Part shown: positions 1 to 16,430 of the stretch, piece by piece
Layout of the letters: each line of letters begins with the position of its first letter
How positions within the stretch are numbered: position 1 is the stretch's first letter
Source: the human T2T-CHM13v2.0 reference genome, Homo sapiens
Assembly: GCF_009914755.1 (NCBI RefSeq)
Contig: NC_060933.1
Length of the DNA: 64,000 nt
Direction: 5' to 3' (one strand)
Position numbers and translations under genes: made by a program
Notes under the pieces: generated by a model
What the model saw: the letters and a program-made list of their open reading frames with translations, nothing else
What the model was told of the DNA's origin: nothing
Database searches by the model: none

Positions 1-510
1 AAATTATCCAATCTGAACAATAGAAAAAATAATTGAAGAAATGATTGTTTCATCAATTCCCTCAGGCTGTATTCAGCCTAAGGGACCCAGCGGGACAATA
101 ACAGAACAGCCAACAATCATTTCAGCAGTCCTAGAAGGAATGAAAAAGTAGGACGGGAGACTGGAAAAAGATATGAAGAAATAATAGCTGAAAACCTCCC
201 AAATCTGGTAAAAGGCATAAATGTACAGATTCAAGTCGCTGACCAAATCTCCAAAAGGAAAACCTCAAATAAATCCATGTCTAGATACATTGTAAGATTT
301 ATAAAATCCAAATTTAAGAATAGAACCTGAAAACAGTCAGAGAGAAATGACACATTACATGTAGGGAAAGGGCAATTTGAACAAGAATGACTTTCTCATT
401 AAAAACCACAGATGTCAAAAGGAAGTGGGACCATATTTTTCAAGTGCTGAAGAGAAAGAGCTGTCAATATTGAATTCAATATCCAGTGAAAATAAAATAG
501 GCTCTGTTTA
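1..510 (+). mobile_element. Old LINE-1 (L1M) ORF1-region fragment
   Basis: Degenerate L1 ORF1 motifs such as gaagaaataatagctgaaaacctcccaaatctgg and aatgtacagattcaag; A-rich; no intact frame. Confidence 0.75.
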
Positions 511-769
511 AATTCTCTTAAACTTAATTCTGAGGAATTACCTGCCATTGGTAGTTGAGAAAGAAGTCTGAAAAAAAAAATAAAAAAAGAATTAACTGCC
601 ATACATTTATTAAGCATAATTACTTAGGTAATTCTTAGGAATTACCTGCCATATATTTACTAAGCAAGATGTTGAGAACTTTATGTTGTGAACATCTTCA
701 CAACTTTACACAATATGCTTCAAGACATCAAAGAACTTACAACAACTTTCTAAGATATTATAAAGGGCA

Positions 770-2500
770 TAAGAGATGTGCAAAGCATAGCATGACCCCA
801 AATAGAGAGAAGAAAATTCTACATGGAGTGTAAGACTAAGTTCTGTAGAGTTGATGAAACTTAAGCTTAGTCTTGGGAGATGCCATGTTTAATGCAAGCA
901 GAGTAGGGCAAAGTGATTTTTAGAAGGGAGCAGCATGAGCAAAGGTATAAAGACAGGAAAATACATGATAAATTCAGGGAACCACAAATTAGTCTGCATA
1001 ATGAGAAGTATGTATGCAGTGAAGGAAAGGTGTTTATGAGGAAATTTCAGTAGAGGTATGCTGGCATGAGATCATGCAACTATTTTTCCTCCAATACATA
1101 ATGGACTGCCATTAAAGTAATTTATATAGAGAGAAAAGATTATTAGATTTATGTTTACAACTGCCAAGAAGATGCTGGCCAGGTTGTGGAGAAATAGGAA
1201 CGCTTTTACACTGTTAGTGGGAATGTAAATTTGTTCAACCATTGTGGAAGACAGTGTGGTGATTCCTCAAAGATTTAGAAGTGGAAATACCATTTGACCC
1301 AGCAATCCCATTACTGGTTATATACCCAAAGGAATATAAATCATTCTGTTATAAAGATACACGCATGCATATGTTCATTGTGGCACTATTCACAATAGCA
1401 AAGACATGGAATCAACCCAAATGCCCATCAGTGATAGACTGGCTAAAGAAAATGTGGCACATATACATCATGGAATACTATGCAGCCATAAAAAGGAATG
1501 AGATCATATCCTTTGCAGGGACATGCAGGGAGCTGGAAGCCATTATCCTCAGCAAACTAATGCAGGAACAGAAAACCAAACGCTACATGTTCTTACTTAT
1601 AAGTGGGAGCTGAACAATGTGAACACATGGACACAGGGAAGGGAACAACACTCACTGGGGCCTGTTGGGGAAGGGTGGGGGGTGGGAGAGCATTAGGGAA
1701 AAAAGCTAATGCATGCTGGGCTTAATACCTAGGTGATGGCTTGATAGGTGCAGCAAACCATCATGACACACATTTACCTATGCAACAAACCTGCACATCC
1801 TGCACATGTACCCTAGAACTTAAAATAAAAAATAAAAAAAGACTATCAAGAAACAGCAGGGAGAATACATTTGAATGAGCAAGAGTGGAAGTCTAGGCAA
1901 TATTTCATGTGAAAGAATTAAAACACCTTAGTTAGGGAGAAAATATTATTTAACAGGAATATAGAAAAAGAAATTGGTGTAGATAGTAGGTAATTAGAAT
2001 TGATAGATGGAGTAAGAAAAAGGAGGAACTAAAGTGAAATTCTCAATTATTCGTTTTGTATACTCTGAGATTATAGTGTCATATACTGAAGCAGAGATTG
2101 ATGAATGGAAAAGGTTGGAGAAAGGGAACCAGATGAAATCACTTATGTTTTGCACATATTGAGATTACAGGGATTAAACATGTAGGCAGGCATATTATAG
2201 GACGTTAGGCAGAGGCCTAGAGTGGAGATAAAGATTTGGGAGTCACCAGTAGATAATTAATAACTAAAATCATCTGAGTAAATGAGACTGCTTGAGAGGA
2301 CACCTGATAAAGGAGAATGTAAAGGAAAGAATCTGAAAAAGTTACCAGCATTGAAGAAGAGGTGTCAGCAATAAAAACTGAGAAATCGGACAGAGCCAGG
2401 AGAGAGTAACGTCTTAGAATGTATGTGGGGATTAGTTGATGGGGTTGAATGCCAAGATGGATGAAAAAAGCAAAAGACAGATAAATTCTGGCTTTTGTAT
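770..2500 (-). mobile_element. L2 fragments interrupted by an L1PA 3' end
   Basis: Purine-rich L2-antisense-like motifs (agcagcatgagcaaagg, ggagataaagatttgggagtcaccag) on both sides of 1171-1840. Confidence 0.5.
1171..1840 (+). mobile_element. L1PA 3' end (ORF2 C-terminus, 3'UTR, A tail)
   Basis: ORF 1281-1613 EIPFDPAIPLL...AKTWNQPKCPS is the L1 ORF2 C-terminus; ends cacatgtaccctagaacttaaaataaaaaataaaaaaa. Confidence 0.95.
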
Positions 2501-2514
2501 TTAGGAGATGTGAC

Positions 2515-2975
2515 AGTGATAGCTAGTTGTCTTCCAACATTCACTCATCCTTTCTTCCCTAATAACAGAACATGAATTCTTAGCTGGCTACTCTGAGTAA
2601 GACTTTCTTTTCCCAGCCCACCTTAAATGTAACCAGGAAACTATACTTTGGCCACAGAGATACAGGCGATACTTCTGAGATGTCAGTTTTTAAAGGAGAA
2701 GGTGTGAGTGCCCCTTTCCTCCCCAACCTCACCATGCTGCTGGCCTGGAACGCTGACTCAGTTAATGCAACCCCAGCAAATCTCGGGAACTATCAAGTGA
2801 CGTGAGGTTGAAAATCACAAAATGAGAATGACATAGAGAACAACAACAAAAAAAAAAGGTGTATAAATTTGTGAAGACATCAGGCCCTGAATGAATACTT
2901 TCAGACTTCTTTTGCTTCTTTTGTGTTTAAGCCCGTAATTCTTAGATTTCTGTTATACTAAAATGCATTTTGCCA
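2515..2975 (+). mobile_element. Old MaLR LTR (MLT1-type)
   Basis: Resembles MLT1 consensus (cctttcttccctaataacagaac ... gtttaagcc ... ttctgttatac). Confidence 0.5.
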
Positions 2976-3415
2976 GACAATTCTAATAAAATAGATAGAA
3001 ACTGGGTTGCAATTACAGACTCTTAAGCTTTTAAGCAAAAAATTCAGTACCACGTAATAGCAAAAAGATCAGTACTTCAGGAAAATATAATTCATATTTT
3101 GAATGACAATCTAAAATACATAAAACAAAAGTTGACAAAATTACATGGAGAAATTGATAAACCTACACACGCATGGGAGACTTCCCAACTCCCCCTCCCT
3201 ACTCTGAGAGATTTTAACCAGATTACATTCATTAATCACTAGATATAGCAACAAAAATTTGGCACATATAGGAAAATTTCTGCAAGAAAATTGACAAGCC
3301 AGTTACAAAGGAGATGAGATCTCACACATAAAACAAATATGCAATAGTCAAAAAATAAGGATTATACAGAAGATCTGAACAACACAAATAAGCTGTTTGT
3401 GATGTAGACAGAAAT

Positions 3416-3712
<297 letters not shown>

Positions 3713-4026
3713 CAATACAAACTACAGACAACTCAGTTTAAAAAAAAGGGGGAGGAATGAATCAAGCAATTCTCAAAAGAAGTGTACATGACAATGAAAT
3801 TCTGAAAAACTGTTCAATCACATTAGTAACCAGGGAAATGCTAATTAAATCCAAAATGAGATACCTCTGCAAACTCCCAAGATGGCTAAAATTGTAAAGA
3901 TTGAAAACACCAAGTACTGGTAAAGATACAAAGTAGTAAACATATCTGCACACTACTGGTAGGAATACAAATTGGCGTAACAAACTTTGCAAAGCTGTAT
4001 GACATCATATACTAAAGTTGGAGAGG

Positions 4027-4312
4027 GGCCAGGTGCAGTGGCTCAGGCCTGTAATCCTAGCACTTTAGGAGGCCGAGGCAGGAGGATTGCTTGAGAGCAG
4101 GAGTTCAAGACTAGCCTGCGCAACATAGCAAGACGCCGTCTCTACAAAAAGAAAAAAAAAATTAGCCAGGCATGGTGGCATGCGTCTATAGTCCCAGCTA
4201 CTTGGGAGGCAGGGGAAGCAGGATCACTTGAGCCCTGAAAGTTGAGGCTGTAGTGAGCTGGGATCACAGCATTGCACTCCACTCAGCTTGGGTGACAGAG
4301 CAAGACCTTGCC
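4027..4312 (+). mobile_element. AluJ-type element
   Basis: Dimeric Alu with J-type ggaggattgcttgag motif. Confidence 0.9.
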
Positions 4313-4639
4313 TTTGGATAGAAATAACTTCTGAAAGAAATGTTCACAAGAGCATATTTCGTAATGCATTTTATATTTCTCCATAGTAAAGGCTTAAAAA
4401 TAAATGAAAATAAAATCATAATGGTACAGAAATGCATATGGTATACCATCTTCTGTGGAAAGAACATAATACTTTTCCTATTTGTTTTTGTCTATATAAT
4501 GACACTTTGAACACACACTAAAAAAAATTAGTTATCCAGATTGAGGACATGGGCTGATAGGAAAAGAAAGAGGGAGATTTTTCACTATGTACTTATTTTC
4601 TTACTTTTAAATCATATGCATGTATTACCTATTCAAAAT

Positions 4640-6040
<1,401 letters not shown>

Positions 6041-6129
6041 GAAAATATTGCACCCATGAATATTAGAAAGATCATTCAGAAGTGAAGAAAAGAGTCCTTA
6101 AAATTAAAAATACAATATTAATGAGAAAC

Positions 6130-6345
6130 TCAGTAACCTGAAACTTTCCATGATACTGCACTGAGCACATCTTCTCTGGCTGATTTTAATCCACGTCCTC
6201 TTTCTGTAATGAACTATAAGCATGAGTATAATGGCTTTCCTGAGTTGTGTAAGTCCTTCTCGTGAATTATTGAAACTGAGGGTGGTCTTGGAGACTCCTG
6301 AGCTTGCAGTTTCTGTCATAAGTGAGGGTAGTCTTAGAGACGCCT
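6130..6345 (+). mobile_element. MER21-like LTR fragment
   Basis: gaattattgaaactgagggtggtcttggagactcc ... agtgagggtagtcttagagac resembles MER21. Confidence 0.55.
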
Positions 6346-6374
6346 AAATAATTTTACTTGGGCTTGTATCTGAG

Positions 6375-6590
6375 TGTCAATAGGGCTGTATTCCTTCTGG
6401 AGGTTCTAAAGGAATATCAATTTCCTTGATTTTTCTAGCTTCTAGAGGCCACCTGTATTCTTTGGCCTTAAAACAACACAAACTTGTCACTATTCTGGAG
6501 GTCATATGTCCAAAATAGGTCCTGCTGGGCTGCACTCCTTCTGGAGACTCTACAGGACAATCCATTTCTATGTCTTACCCAGCTTCTTGA
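6375..6590 (-). mobile_element. MLT1-type MaLR LTR fragment
   Basis: agggctgtattccttctggagg ... ttctagcttctagaggccacc motif, present twice. Confidence 0.6.
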
Positions 6591-6729
6591 GACTCAAGAG
6601 ATCTAACATTTGAGAAACATGAGGACAATTCCTAGTATCATGTGGAAGGGACAGCCCATGCCAGTAGCTGAGTATCGGATAGAGAGTAACTATGAGCAGG
6701 TCGACAACTCCAAGAGGAGTTTCTTTAAA

Positions 6730-7580
6730 GAGCTGAAATGAATAGCATGTAATCTAGAGCCAACGGCCTGGGTCTTATTTTCCTGGCTTCATCATTCAGG
6801 AGCTGTATGATCTTGGGCAAATTCCTTCTCTGTGTAACAGTTTTCCTCCTCTGTAAAATGAGAATAATGATTATAGATAGCTGTCTTTGTTTACTGTTAC
6901 TATAAAAGAACACCTGAGCCTGGGTAATTTATAAAGAAAAGACATTTATTTGGCCCATGGTTCTGCAGGCTGTACAAGAAGCATGGCATCAGCATCTGCA
7001 TCTGGGGAGGGCCTTCAAGCTGCTTCCATTCATGGCAGAAGGGGAAGAGAAGCCGGTGTGTGCAGAGATCATATGGCAAAAGAGGAAGAAAGAGAGAGCG
7101 AATGGGAGGTAGCAAGCTCTTCTCAACAACCAACTCTCACGGAACTCATAAGATTGAGAACTCACCACCTCCCCAGAGAGGGCATTAATCTATTCATGAG
7201 GGATCTGTCCCCATGACCCAAACACTTCCCATTATGCCCTACCACCTCCTACACTGGGATCAAACTTCTCTTTTATTTTTAAAATTTCTTTTTATTTATT
7301 TATTTTTGTAAGAAACAGGGTCTCGCCATATTACCTAGGCTGATCTCAAATTCCTGGCCTCAAGTGATCCTCCTACCTTGGCTTCCTGAATAGCTGGGAT
7401 TACACACAAGCCACCGCGCCTGGGTTGGGGGATCAAATTTCAGCATGAGATTTGGAGAGGATAAATATCCAAACCATAGCAATAACTCGTAGGGGTTGTG
7501 ACTGAATTAGTTAATAGAGAATGCTTATAGTGCCTGGTATATAGTAAGCACTATATTAATGTTTATATTATATTACTGTT
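6730..7580 (+). mobile_element. MIR split by an MST LTR
   Basis: MIR core (tgtatgatcttgggcaaatt ... ctgtaaaatgagaataat) before 6881 and MIR 3' part (gtgcctggtatatagtaagcac) after 7482. Confidence 0.75.
6882..7481 (+). mobile_element. MST-type MaLR solo LTR containing an antisense Alu monomer (~7270-7427)
   Basis: TG...CA ends, ggttctgcaggctgtacaagaagcatggc, atccaaaccatagca; degenerate 5-bp TSD atagc/ataac; Alu monomer flanked by gggatcaaa. Confidence 0.8.
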
Positions 7581-7840
7581 ATTATTTAGTATATTTTAAT
7601 ATATTGAGAAGGTATTTATATACCTGGGAAGACTAGCGATGAATTACTGATATGTATAATATATATTGTACATGTATGTATGGAAAACAAAACAAATGAT
7701 TAAGCCAGACACTTATAATTTCAGGTAAAACAAAAAGCACTGCATAAAAAGTAAATGGCTCACTTGTGAATATTGTTAAAATAATCATCATAATAAAATG
7801 CAGCCTATTGATTTACCCCAAATTATGATATACCCATATT

Positions 7841-7985
7841 AGGCTGGGCGCAGTGGCTCACGCCTATAATTCCAGCACTTTGGGAGGCTAAGGTGGGCAG
7901 ATCGCTTGAGCCCAGGAGTTCAAAGATCAGCCTGGGCAACATGGTGAAACCCCATCTCTACTAAATAAATAAATAAATAAACAAA
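7841..7985 (+). mobile_element. Alu left monomer
   Basis: Left arm with (TAAA)n tail; TSD atacccatatta. Confidence 0.85.
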
Positions 7986-10340
7986 ATACCCATATTAGAT
8001 GGAGGGTACATGAGAAATGTGTACGTGAGTGTCAAGGGCCTGAGTGTCTGAAAGAGAGCTAATTCCTTCTTTCCATTGTGTTGTCTGTAGATAACTGCTT
8101 AAAACTGAAAGCCTAGAAATACCAATACAAACATGTTATTTAGACATATGAAAGTAAACAGCAAAAGATAACTAAACTGAGTTCAAAGTGATTACCTTTG
8201 AGAAGCTGAAATTTGAAGAGGAATAGAGCAGATGACAACTGTTTTATTCTAAGAAACCACAAAGAACAATTTGACTAAGTAAATATAGGTAAAACTTTCA
8301 TGACATTCAAAATGAAATACTTATTTTTAAAAGTTCAAATGCAAAGGACAAAGAGGCAGTTATAACTGACCAAAACGTATAAGACTATGCTTAATATATG
8401 AAGTCCTCTGTTCAAACTCAATAAACTGGATTCCACTCCTGGAAAGATACAGTAGATGCACTTGTCTCTATTCATCCTGTTAAGTTCATCTACAAACCAT
8501 AGACATTATCCATCAAACCAACATACAGACTCTGAAAGGTAAAGAAAAATAGGCACCCTGGCTAGGGGCCTCAGGAACCAGGGAAGTAAACAGTAATAAG
8601 CTCTCTGTGTCTTTCGGCCTCATATAGATAGCTCTGACCAGGTGTTCGAAAAACCTACAATCCAGAAACATCAACAAGTGCATACAAAAAGGCCTGGAAA
8701 AAAGTGTTTTCTCTAGCTAAAAGACCAGGAAAGGGGCAACAGAGAAAAATAAAAAACTTTTAGACAAAACCTACTCCAACCAAATACCACAGATTATAAA
8801 ACAACAAAAAACTGTGGGCTTGATTCATCTCTCATCAGCAAAGACTCAGTGGGTAGCCTAGACTCCTGTATTTGCCTGGCTGCCTGGGGATGCCCCTCCA
8901 CTGCAATAGGGTAGTATGAGAAAAGCCAACTGGGGAGCTGGGACTTTCATCTCTGCACAGTGGTAATGGGTAGCTTTCTTGCCATGCCAGTGGGAGCCAC
9001 CTCAGGGCTGGACTTCCATTCCTACCTAGCAGTAATGCGACACTCTTCCCATCACGACACGTGTGGTGTGAGAGGATGTCAAATGAAAACCCAAGACCTT
9101 CATCACTCTGAGAGGTAATGAGGCCCTATCCAACCTAACAATATCAGAGAAGACAGCATGAAGAGCAGAAACAAGGTACCCTCTCCTTTCAGACAAGGTG
9201 ATGTCACCAGAGGTCTACTGGGGAGCCTGAACTGCCAACCCCAACTAGCAGTAATGAGGTGTCTCTCTCCCCACAGACTGTCAACAGAGTTCAAGTAGGG
9301 AACCTGCAAATTCACATCCACCTGGCAGTAGTACAGCAAGGCCCCCCAATTCCCACACTGGCCCAGAGGACGCCTGCTAAAAAAGAGGACTCAAATAAGA
9401 TCTAGAGTCTCATAATGCCCAAGGTTTCCACAATACATTACAAAATCATTTGTAAAACCAAGAACCAGGAAAATCTCAACTTGAATAAGGAAACAACCAA
9501 TCAACCGATACTAAAACTGAAGTGATGTATGTTATCAGAATTATTTCATAAGGATTTTAAAGTAGTCCTCATAAAAATGTTTTAACAAGCATATGAACAC
9601 ACTTGAAACAAAAAAACTTCAACAAAGAAATAGAGAAGAGATGAAAAAACCAAATGAAAATTTTAGAATTAAAAAATAACCAATATTAAAAACTCAATAG
9701 ATGGGCTCAAAAGAATGGAGGCAACAGAAGAAATATTCTGAGTACCTGAAAATAAAGTAGAAATGATCTAATCTAAAGAATGGAGAGAAAACAGACTGAG
9801 AAAAAAAGGAACAGAACCTCAGAGACATGTGGGACAATAACAAAAAATCTAACATTTGTGTCATTGGAGTTCCAGAAAGAGAAAAAGAAGAGAAAGGGAT
9901 GGGGGCTGAACAAGTATTTGAAGAAATAATGAATGAAAATTTCTGAAACTTCCCGAAAGATATACACTTACAGATAGAAGCTGGGCAAATCTCAAAAAGG
10001 ATAAAACCAAAGAAATTCACACTAAGGAAGAATTATAGTGAAACTTGTGAAAAATACAGACAAAGAAAGAATGCTGAAAGCATTCAGAGAGAAACTACAC
10101 ATTACCCACAGGAGAAAAACAATTTGAATGACAATGTGAGATACTAAGAACCATGGCTCCCCAAAGATGTTCACATCCTAATTCCCAGAAATTGTGAATA
10201 TGTTAGGTTGCATGGCAAAAGGGAATTCAGGTTTCAGATCAAATCTAGGTGGCTAAATCGGCTGTCCTTAAAATAGGAAGATTAATTATCTTAGATTATC
10301 TGGGTGGGCTGAATATAATCACAAATTTGCTTAAAAGTTA

Positions 10341-11081
<741 letters not shown>

Positions 11082-11396
11082 TTACAGCCTGTAGAAAGGA
11101 ATACTGCCCTCTTGACACCTTGGTTTTAGTTCAGTGAGACCCATGTTGGCCTTCTAAAATATAGAACTGTAAAAAAAAAAAAGTTATTTTTAAGCAACTA
11201 AATTTTTGAATTTATTTCAGCAGCAATAGAAAATTAACATGCAGTTTTAACTAATATCTCATCAGAAACTTTGGAGGCCAGAAGGAAGTAGCACATTTTT
11301 CAAGTGCTAAAAAAAAAAACAAAAGAACTATCAACTTAGAATTTTGGATCAGGCAAAAATATCCTTCAGGAGAATGTGGAAATCAAGACATTCTCA

Positions 11397-11773
11397 GTCC
11401 TCCAAAAATTCGTATGTTTAGGCTGTAACCCCTAATGTAACTGTATTTGGAGATAGGGCTTTTAAGAGGTAATTACGGTTAAACAAGGTAGGGGTCCTAA
11501 TCTGATAAGACAGGTGGCCTTACAGAGAGAGATTCTCTCTCCATAGGCAGGCAGGCAGGCAGGCAGGCGGTCACTAGGGAATGGCCTGTGAGCACATAGT
11601 GAGAATCTGGTTTTCGTCTACAAGCCAAGAAGAGAACCCTCATCAGAACCTGACCATACTTGCACCCTGATCTCTCAGTTCCAGCCTCCCAGAACTGTGA
11701 GAAAATAAATTTTTGTTGTTTATTCCACCCAGTCTATGGTACTTTGTTATGGCAGCCTGAGCTGACTAAGACA
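11397..11773 (+). mobile_element. MLT1A/B-type MaLR LTR
   Basis: tgtatttggagatagggc ... tttgttatggcagcctgagctgactaagaca. Confidence 0.75.
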
Positions 11774-12514
11774 ACTACTAACAGCTCTGCACACATAAAT
11801 TTGACAACTTAGATGAAAGGGACCAGTTCCTGAAAAACACACAAACTACCACAACCCTCTCAATATTAAATAGACAATGTGAATAGCCCTGTAACACTTA
11901 AAGAAACTGAGTTTGTAATCTTAAAACTTCCAAAAAAGAAATCTCTAGGCCCAGACAGTTTCTCTGGAGAATTCTACCAAATATTTGAAGAATTAACATA
12001 ATTAACATAAATTCTACACAGTTTTTTCCAGAAAACAGAAGAGAAGGGCATACTTCCCAGTTTATTGTGTGAGGCTATGATTTCCCTGACACAAAAACTG
12101 GACAAAGTATAGAAAAAGAAAACACAAACTATACACAATCTCTGGCAGAATAATCAATACAAAGGAACACATTCCAACTTATTTTATGAGGTCAGGGTTA
12201 TCGTGATACCTAAACCAGAAATAGTACCAAAAGAAAAAACAGAAAGAGAGACAGAAAGAAAAAAAAAAGCGATATCCTTCATAAATATGATACAAAAACC
12301 CTTAACAAAATATTAGCAAATACAAATAATTTAAAAGTATATACCACAACCAAGTGGAGTTTATTCCATGGATGCAACGCTGGTTCAATATTAAAAAATC
12401 AATCAATGTAATCTACCATACCAACAGACTCAAGAAGTAAAATCACATGATCATGTCAATTGGTACAGAAATAGCATTTAACAAAATTCAACTCCCATTC
12501 ACGATAAAACCTCA

Positions 12515-12660
12515 AGGTTGTTTCAGAAGGTGGTCCTTGGACAAGGAGCATTGATGTTCTGTGGAAATTTGTGAGAAATAAAAATTCTCATATCCCATCC
12601 CATAGCTACTAAATCAGAATCTGAATTCAAATGCAAGTAAAGTGTCAGAAGCACTGTTCT
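12515..12660. mobile_element. MER5-like DNA transposon remnant
   Basis: ggtggtccttggac ... ctactaaatcagaatctg ... agaagcactg. Confidence 0.55.
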
Positions 12661-12664
12661 ATAA

Positions 12665-13009
<345 letters not shown>

Positions 13010-13412
13010 TGTTAGTGCACTTTCAGTAGGGTTGTTGTTGAAGACTGCTCTGTCATTAACCATCTGAAGATCTATCAAAAAATTCCTCAAACATCAAGAA
13101 CCATGACATCTTTACTACAGATGAAATAAATTACTTGTTAATTTTATTAATATAAACCATGTATCCAATTTCCATTATTGCTATGTCTTTCAGGAAGATC
13201 AGAGACAATTTAACAGTTCAAAGTTCATGACTGTGTAAGACCATATATTCTAAACTTGACTTGGGGCTGACAGTCTCTTCTTCATTTTATCTGATCTTAG
13301 TTTTTATTTATTTAGTCTTGTCATCTTACTATAGGGATTGTTAGATGTCTCCTAAAATCCACTAAAAGTAAAAGAAAGCAACAAATAAACAGATGAACAA
13401 ATAAGAACTCAC

Positions 13413-13427
13413 CAGGGACTTGGTCAT
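13413..13427 (-). CDS. ZNF484: First coding exon of a KRAB zinc-finger gene (M-T-K-S-L); whole exon 13413-13457
   Basis: Minus strand reads ctgttttctcag|atttctgcccctttgtccgaagagccaaaaATGACCAAGTCCCTG|gtgagt: strong acceptor, AAAATG start, phase-0 donor. This is a typical short KRAB-ZNF start exon and MTKSL matches my recollection of the ZNF484 N-terminus. KRAB and finger exons lie outside the window to the left. Confidence 0.85.
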
Positions 13428-14329
13428 TTTTGGCTCTTCGGACAAAGGGGCAGAAATCTGAGAAAACAGATGGGTAGAGGTACCCATGAGAGAAGGAACT
13501 GTGCCAATGTCACACATGGACACATACATCATTTAGTGCCCTTGCACCTTACTCAAAAATTTATTTCTGGAACTACCACATTAAAATATCATCCCATCCC
13601 ATATTGTACAAAGATTTAAGTGCAAAAGTTTTACCATAACATGGTTAATAAAAAAGAAAGATTAGAAATGTTTAGATATTCAATAATTGTGGATTGCTTA
13701 AATACTTTATAAAATATCCAAAGGATATACTGTTCTATTACGTTATTATACTATCTGATTTCACAGGCCCTTCAAGTTATCATCAACCCTGGTACCTAAC
13801 TCCTCACTACCACTCTTCAATCTGCTCTAAGTGTCAATTGGTGCCCAGAGACTACTCCCAGAAGCCATTACTGAAACCTCAGATTCACTGATTTCCATGC
13901 CTTGCTGCCCCTGAGCCAGGCCTGCATCACTCATCCTACAATACCTGATCACAGAGTCTTCAATTCCTCTACCCTAATGGTCCTGGCTCTCTACCAATCA
14001 ATCCCACATCCCCATGACTGGCCTCTATGCCTGTATGACTACCGATCATGCATCTCCATCAGCCATCCCAAGAGTCCCAATCCTAGGCACACCTGTTTCT
14101 GCACTGGGGCCTTAGCACACATACACATCTCCCACCACTGACACAACTAGGCTATAAGCTCCTCCACATACACAAACAGGAACTCAATCAATGAACAAAT
14201 CAGGGGAAATTCTTGCATGTATAGAATAAATTTATAAATAGAAAACACTTCTAAATCTAATTGTGAAAAACCAGACTATTTACAGAGGAAAAATGAAGGA
14301 AATAAGAAAACTCTTCATCTGCAGTACTG

Positions 14330-15960
14330 AAAGCTAAATGATGTCGGAAATAGCATCTAAAAGACCACTTCTCTGTCAGGGCCAGAGAGACATTTTCAGA
14401 AATAAAAGCACTTGCAGAGTATCTCTATCTTTGAGAGAAACACTGGAAGAAGTCCAAATAAATGTAAAATGAACCACACAATAAATCTTGAATAGGAAAA
14501 TATTGTTTAGCAATAATTCTTGCAAAAGATATATAATTATAAAAAAGGACAATGTGACAATGTGATAAAGAGGCCACTAAAGAGAAAATTAATAATACCC
14601 TATGATAAAACATTCCTAATAATCTCAGGAAAAAAACAGAAAAAATGGGGTGCAGAATGGAAACAATGAGCAGAAATTTCATCAATCCAATGAAAATATT
14701 ATGTAAAGAAAAGGCAGAAAATAAAAAGAGCTAAATAGTAAACATCAAATGGAAGGCATAAAATCAGATAAATCATTATCACACTAAACTGAGATGTAAA
14801 ATTCTATCAACAGAGACTATAAATTGGATTTGAAAAAAGCAAAAGTATCTATTGTAAACAAATAGGTAATCTGACACAGAGACAAATAGGATACAAAATA
14901 AAGCTCTGGGCAAAGACATCATCCAAATGCAATGAAAGTAAAAACAAGGGTGGCAATGTGAGTATCAACGTGGAATTCGATGTTAAAAAGTGTTTTTCTT
15001 GGAATTCGATGTTAAAAAGTGTTTTTCTTTTTTCTTTTTGGTTGAAAAAAGGGATCCTATAATAATACCACTTAATACATGAAAAAGGATAAAAAATGCA
15101 CTAACCATTAAGTGTATGTATGCCCATCCCTCAGATGCACAAATAAAATTAGCAAAAAAGCACATATAACTGCAAAATGAACTATTAAAAGTGATTTTTA
15201 TTGTATCTCTTCCAGAATATGAAACAAGTAGATCAAAATTAGGAAAGATAAAGATTTGAAAAATACCAACAAGCAAGACTTAATTAAAGAGAATTTTGGT
15301 CCATACAACAAAATATAATTTTTCTTTTATATCTGTTGAACAAAGTTCATTGAGTAACTTGGCTTCAAGGAAAATCTTGATAAATTGTTAAAAGTTGAGA
15401 CTTGATAGTCTGCATTTTCTGACAATACAATAAAATAAAAAACAGCTAAAACATACTTTAATAATTTGGGAATGAATAAACTCTCCTAAATAACTAAGAT
15501 TCAAAGGGAAACATCAAAATGAACTTATGCATTTCATAAAGATGTACTTAAAGAAACTTTACAACCCTAAATGTATCCCGCATAAAACTTAAGAAAATAA
15601 GGGAAAGAACAACAAATTACATCAAAAAGTGGGAAAAAGAGAAAGTACCTAAAAAGAAAAAGAGAAAAAAATTAATATTAAAAGAGTAGGGAGTATTTTA
15701 TTGGACATTTCAAAATGTCCAATGAAACAGATAAACCTTTCAGACGCTTGATTCTTTTTAAATAGAGAAAGAATGAATGATATATAAATATAATAACCGT
15801 AATGATAAAGGAGCTACTAGTCTGGATATGAAAGAGAACAAAATGGAAATGGAAACATGCAATTCTATGTAATATATTCTTTAAATCTTTAGCAAAATAT
15901 ATCATTATAATGAAACAGAAACGAAAATATAAACAGATCGGTACGTATAAAAGAGAGGAA
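14330..15960 (+). mobile_element. Very old L1 (L1ME-like) fragments in ZNF484 intron 1
   Basis: Highly A-rich with weak L1 endonuclease-region similarity. Confidence 0.5.
14971..15028. repeat. Perfect 29-bp tandem duplication
   Basis: tggaattcgatgttaaaaagtgtttttct x2. Confidence 0.95.
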
Positions 15961-16029
15961 ACTAATTAAGATGTGCATCATTCACACTCCTCAGATCCCT
16001 CCTTAGTTCCCATAGTCATCCTCCCCCAC

Positions 16030-16175
16030 AACCCCACAGTCCGCCCTCACTCCGCCCTCAGATCCACCACCAGACAGAGACCCCCAGTCCGTCCTCACTC
16101 CGCCTGCAGATCCACCACCAGCGACCCCTCAGTGCCCCCTCACTCCTCCCTCAGATCCACCATCAGAGATCGCTC
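16030..16175. repeat. GC-rich ~45-48-bp minisatellite, about 3 copies
   Basis: cagtccgccctcactccgccctcagatccaccaccag recurs at 16037, 16085 and 16130. Confidence 0.85.
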
Positions 16176-16287
16176 CGACTTCCACTATTCCATCCACTGA
16201 CCGACCCCATCACTGACCGGAAGGCTCAGGACAGACATCAGAGATTCTTCTTGCTCAGTCCACAGATGCTGCCATCCCTCTACTCAC

Positions 16288-16430
16288 CTGCCCCTCACCC
16301 ACGTCCTCTCAGGACAGTGGTCATTTGCCTCGGGAGGTGACTATAGTCGCAAGAACCAGAACAGGACCCACTTCCTTTTTCTCAATGCCTCCCAGGCCTA
16401 GAGGTACTTCTTACAGCGCTGCCTGGGTTT
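16288..16430 (-). other. ZNF484: Non-coding exon 1 of ZNF484 (5' end approximate)
   Basis: Consensus donor cag|gtgagta (plus-strand tactcacctg, 16281-16290) next to a CpG-rich promoter-like stretch, 2.8 kb upstream of the ATG exon. Confidence 0.7.

Noticed and set aside
525-667. Three degenerate copies of gaattacctgccat
   Set aside because: Short local slippage duplication in AT-rich intronic DNA with no sign of function.
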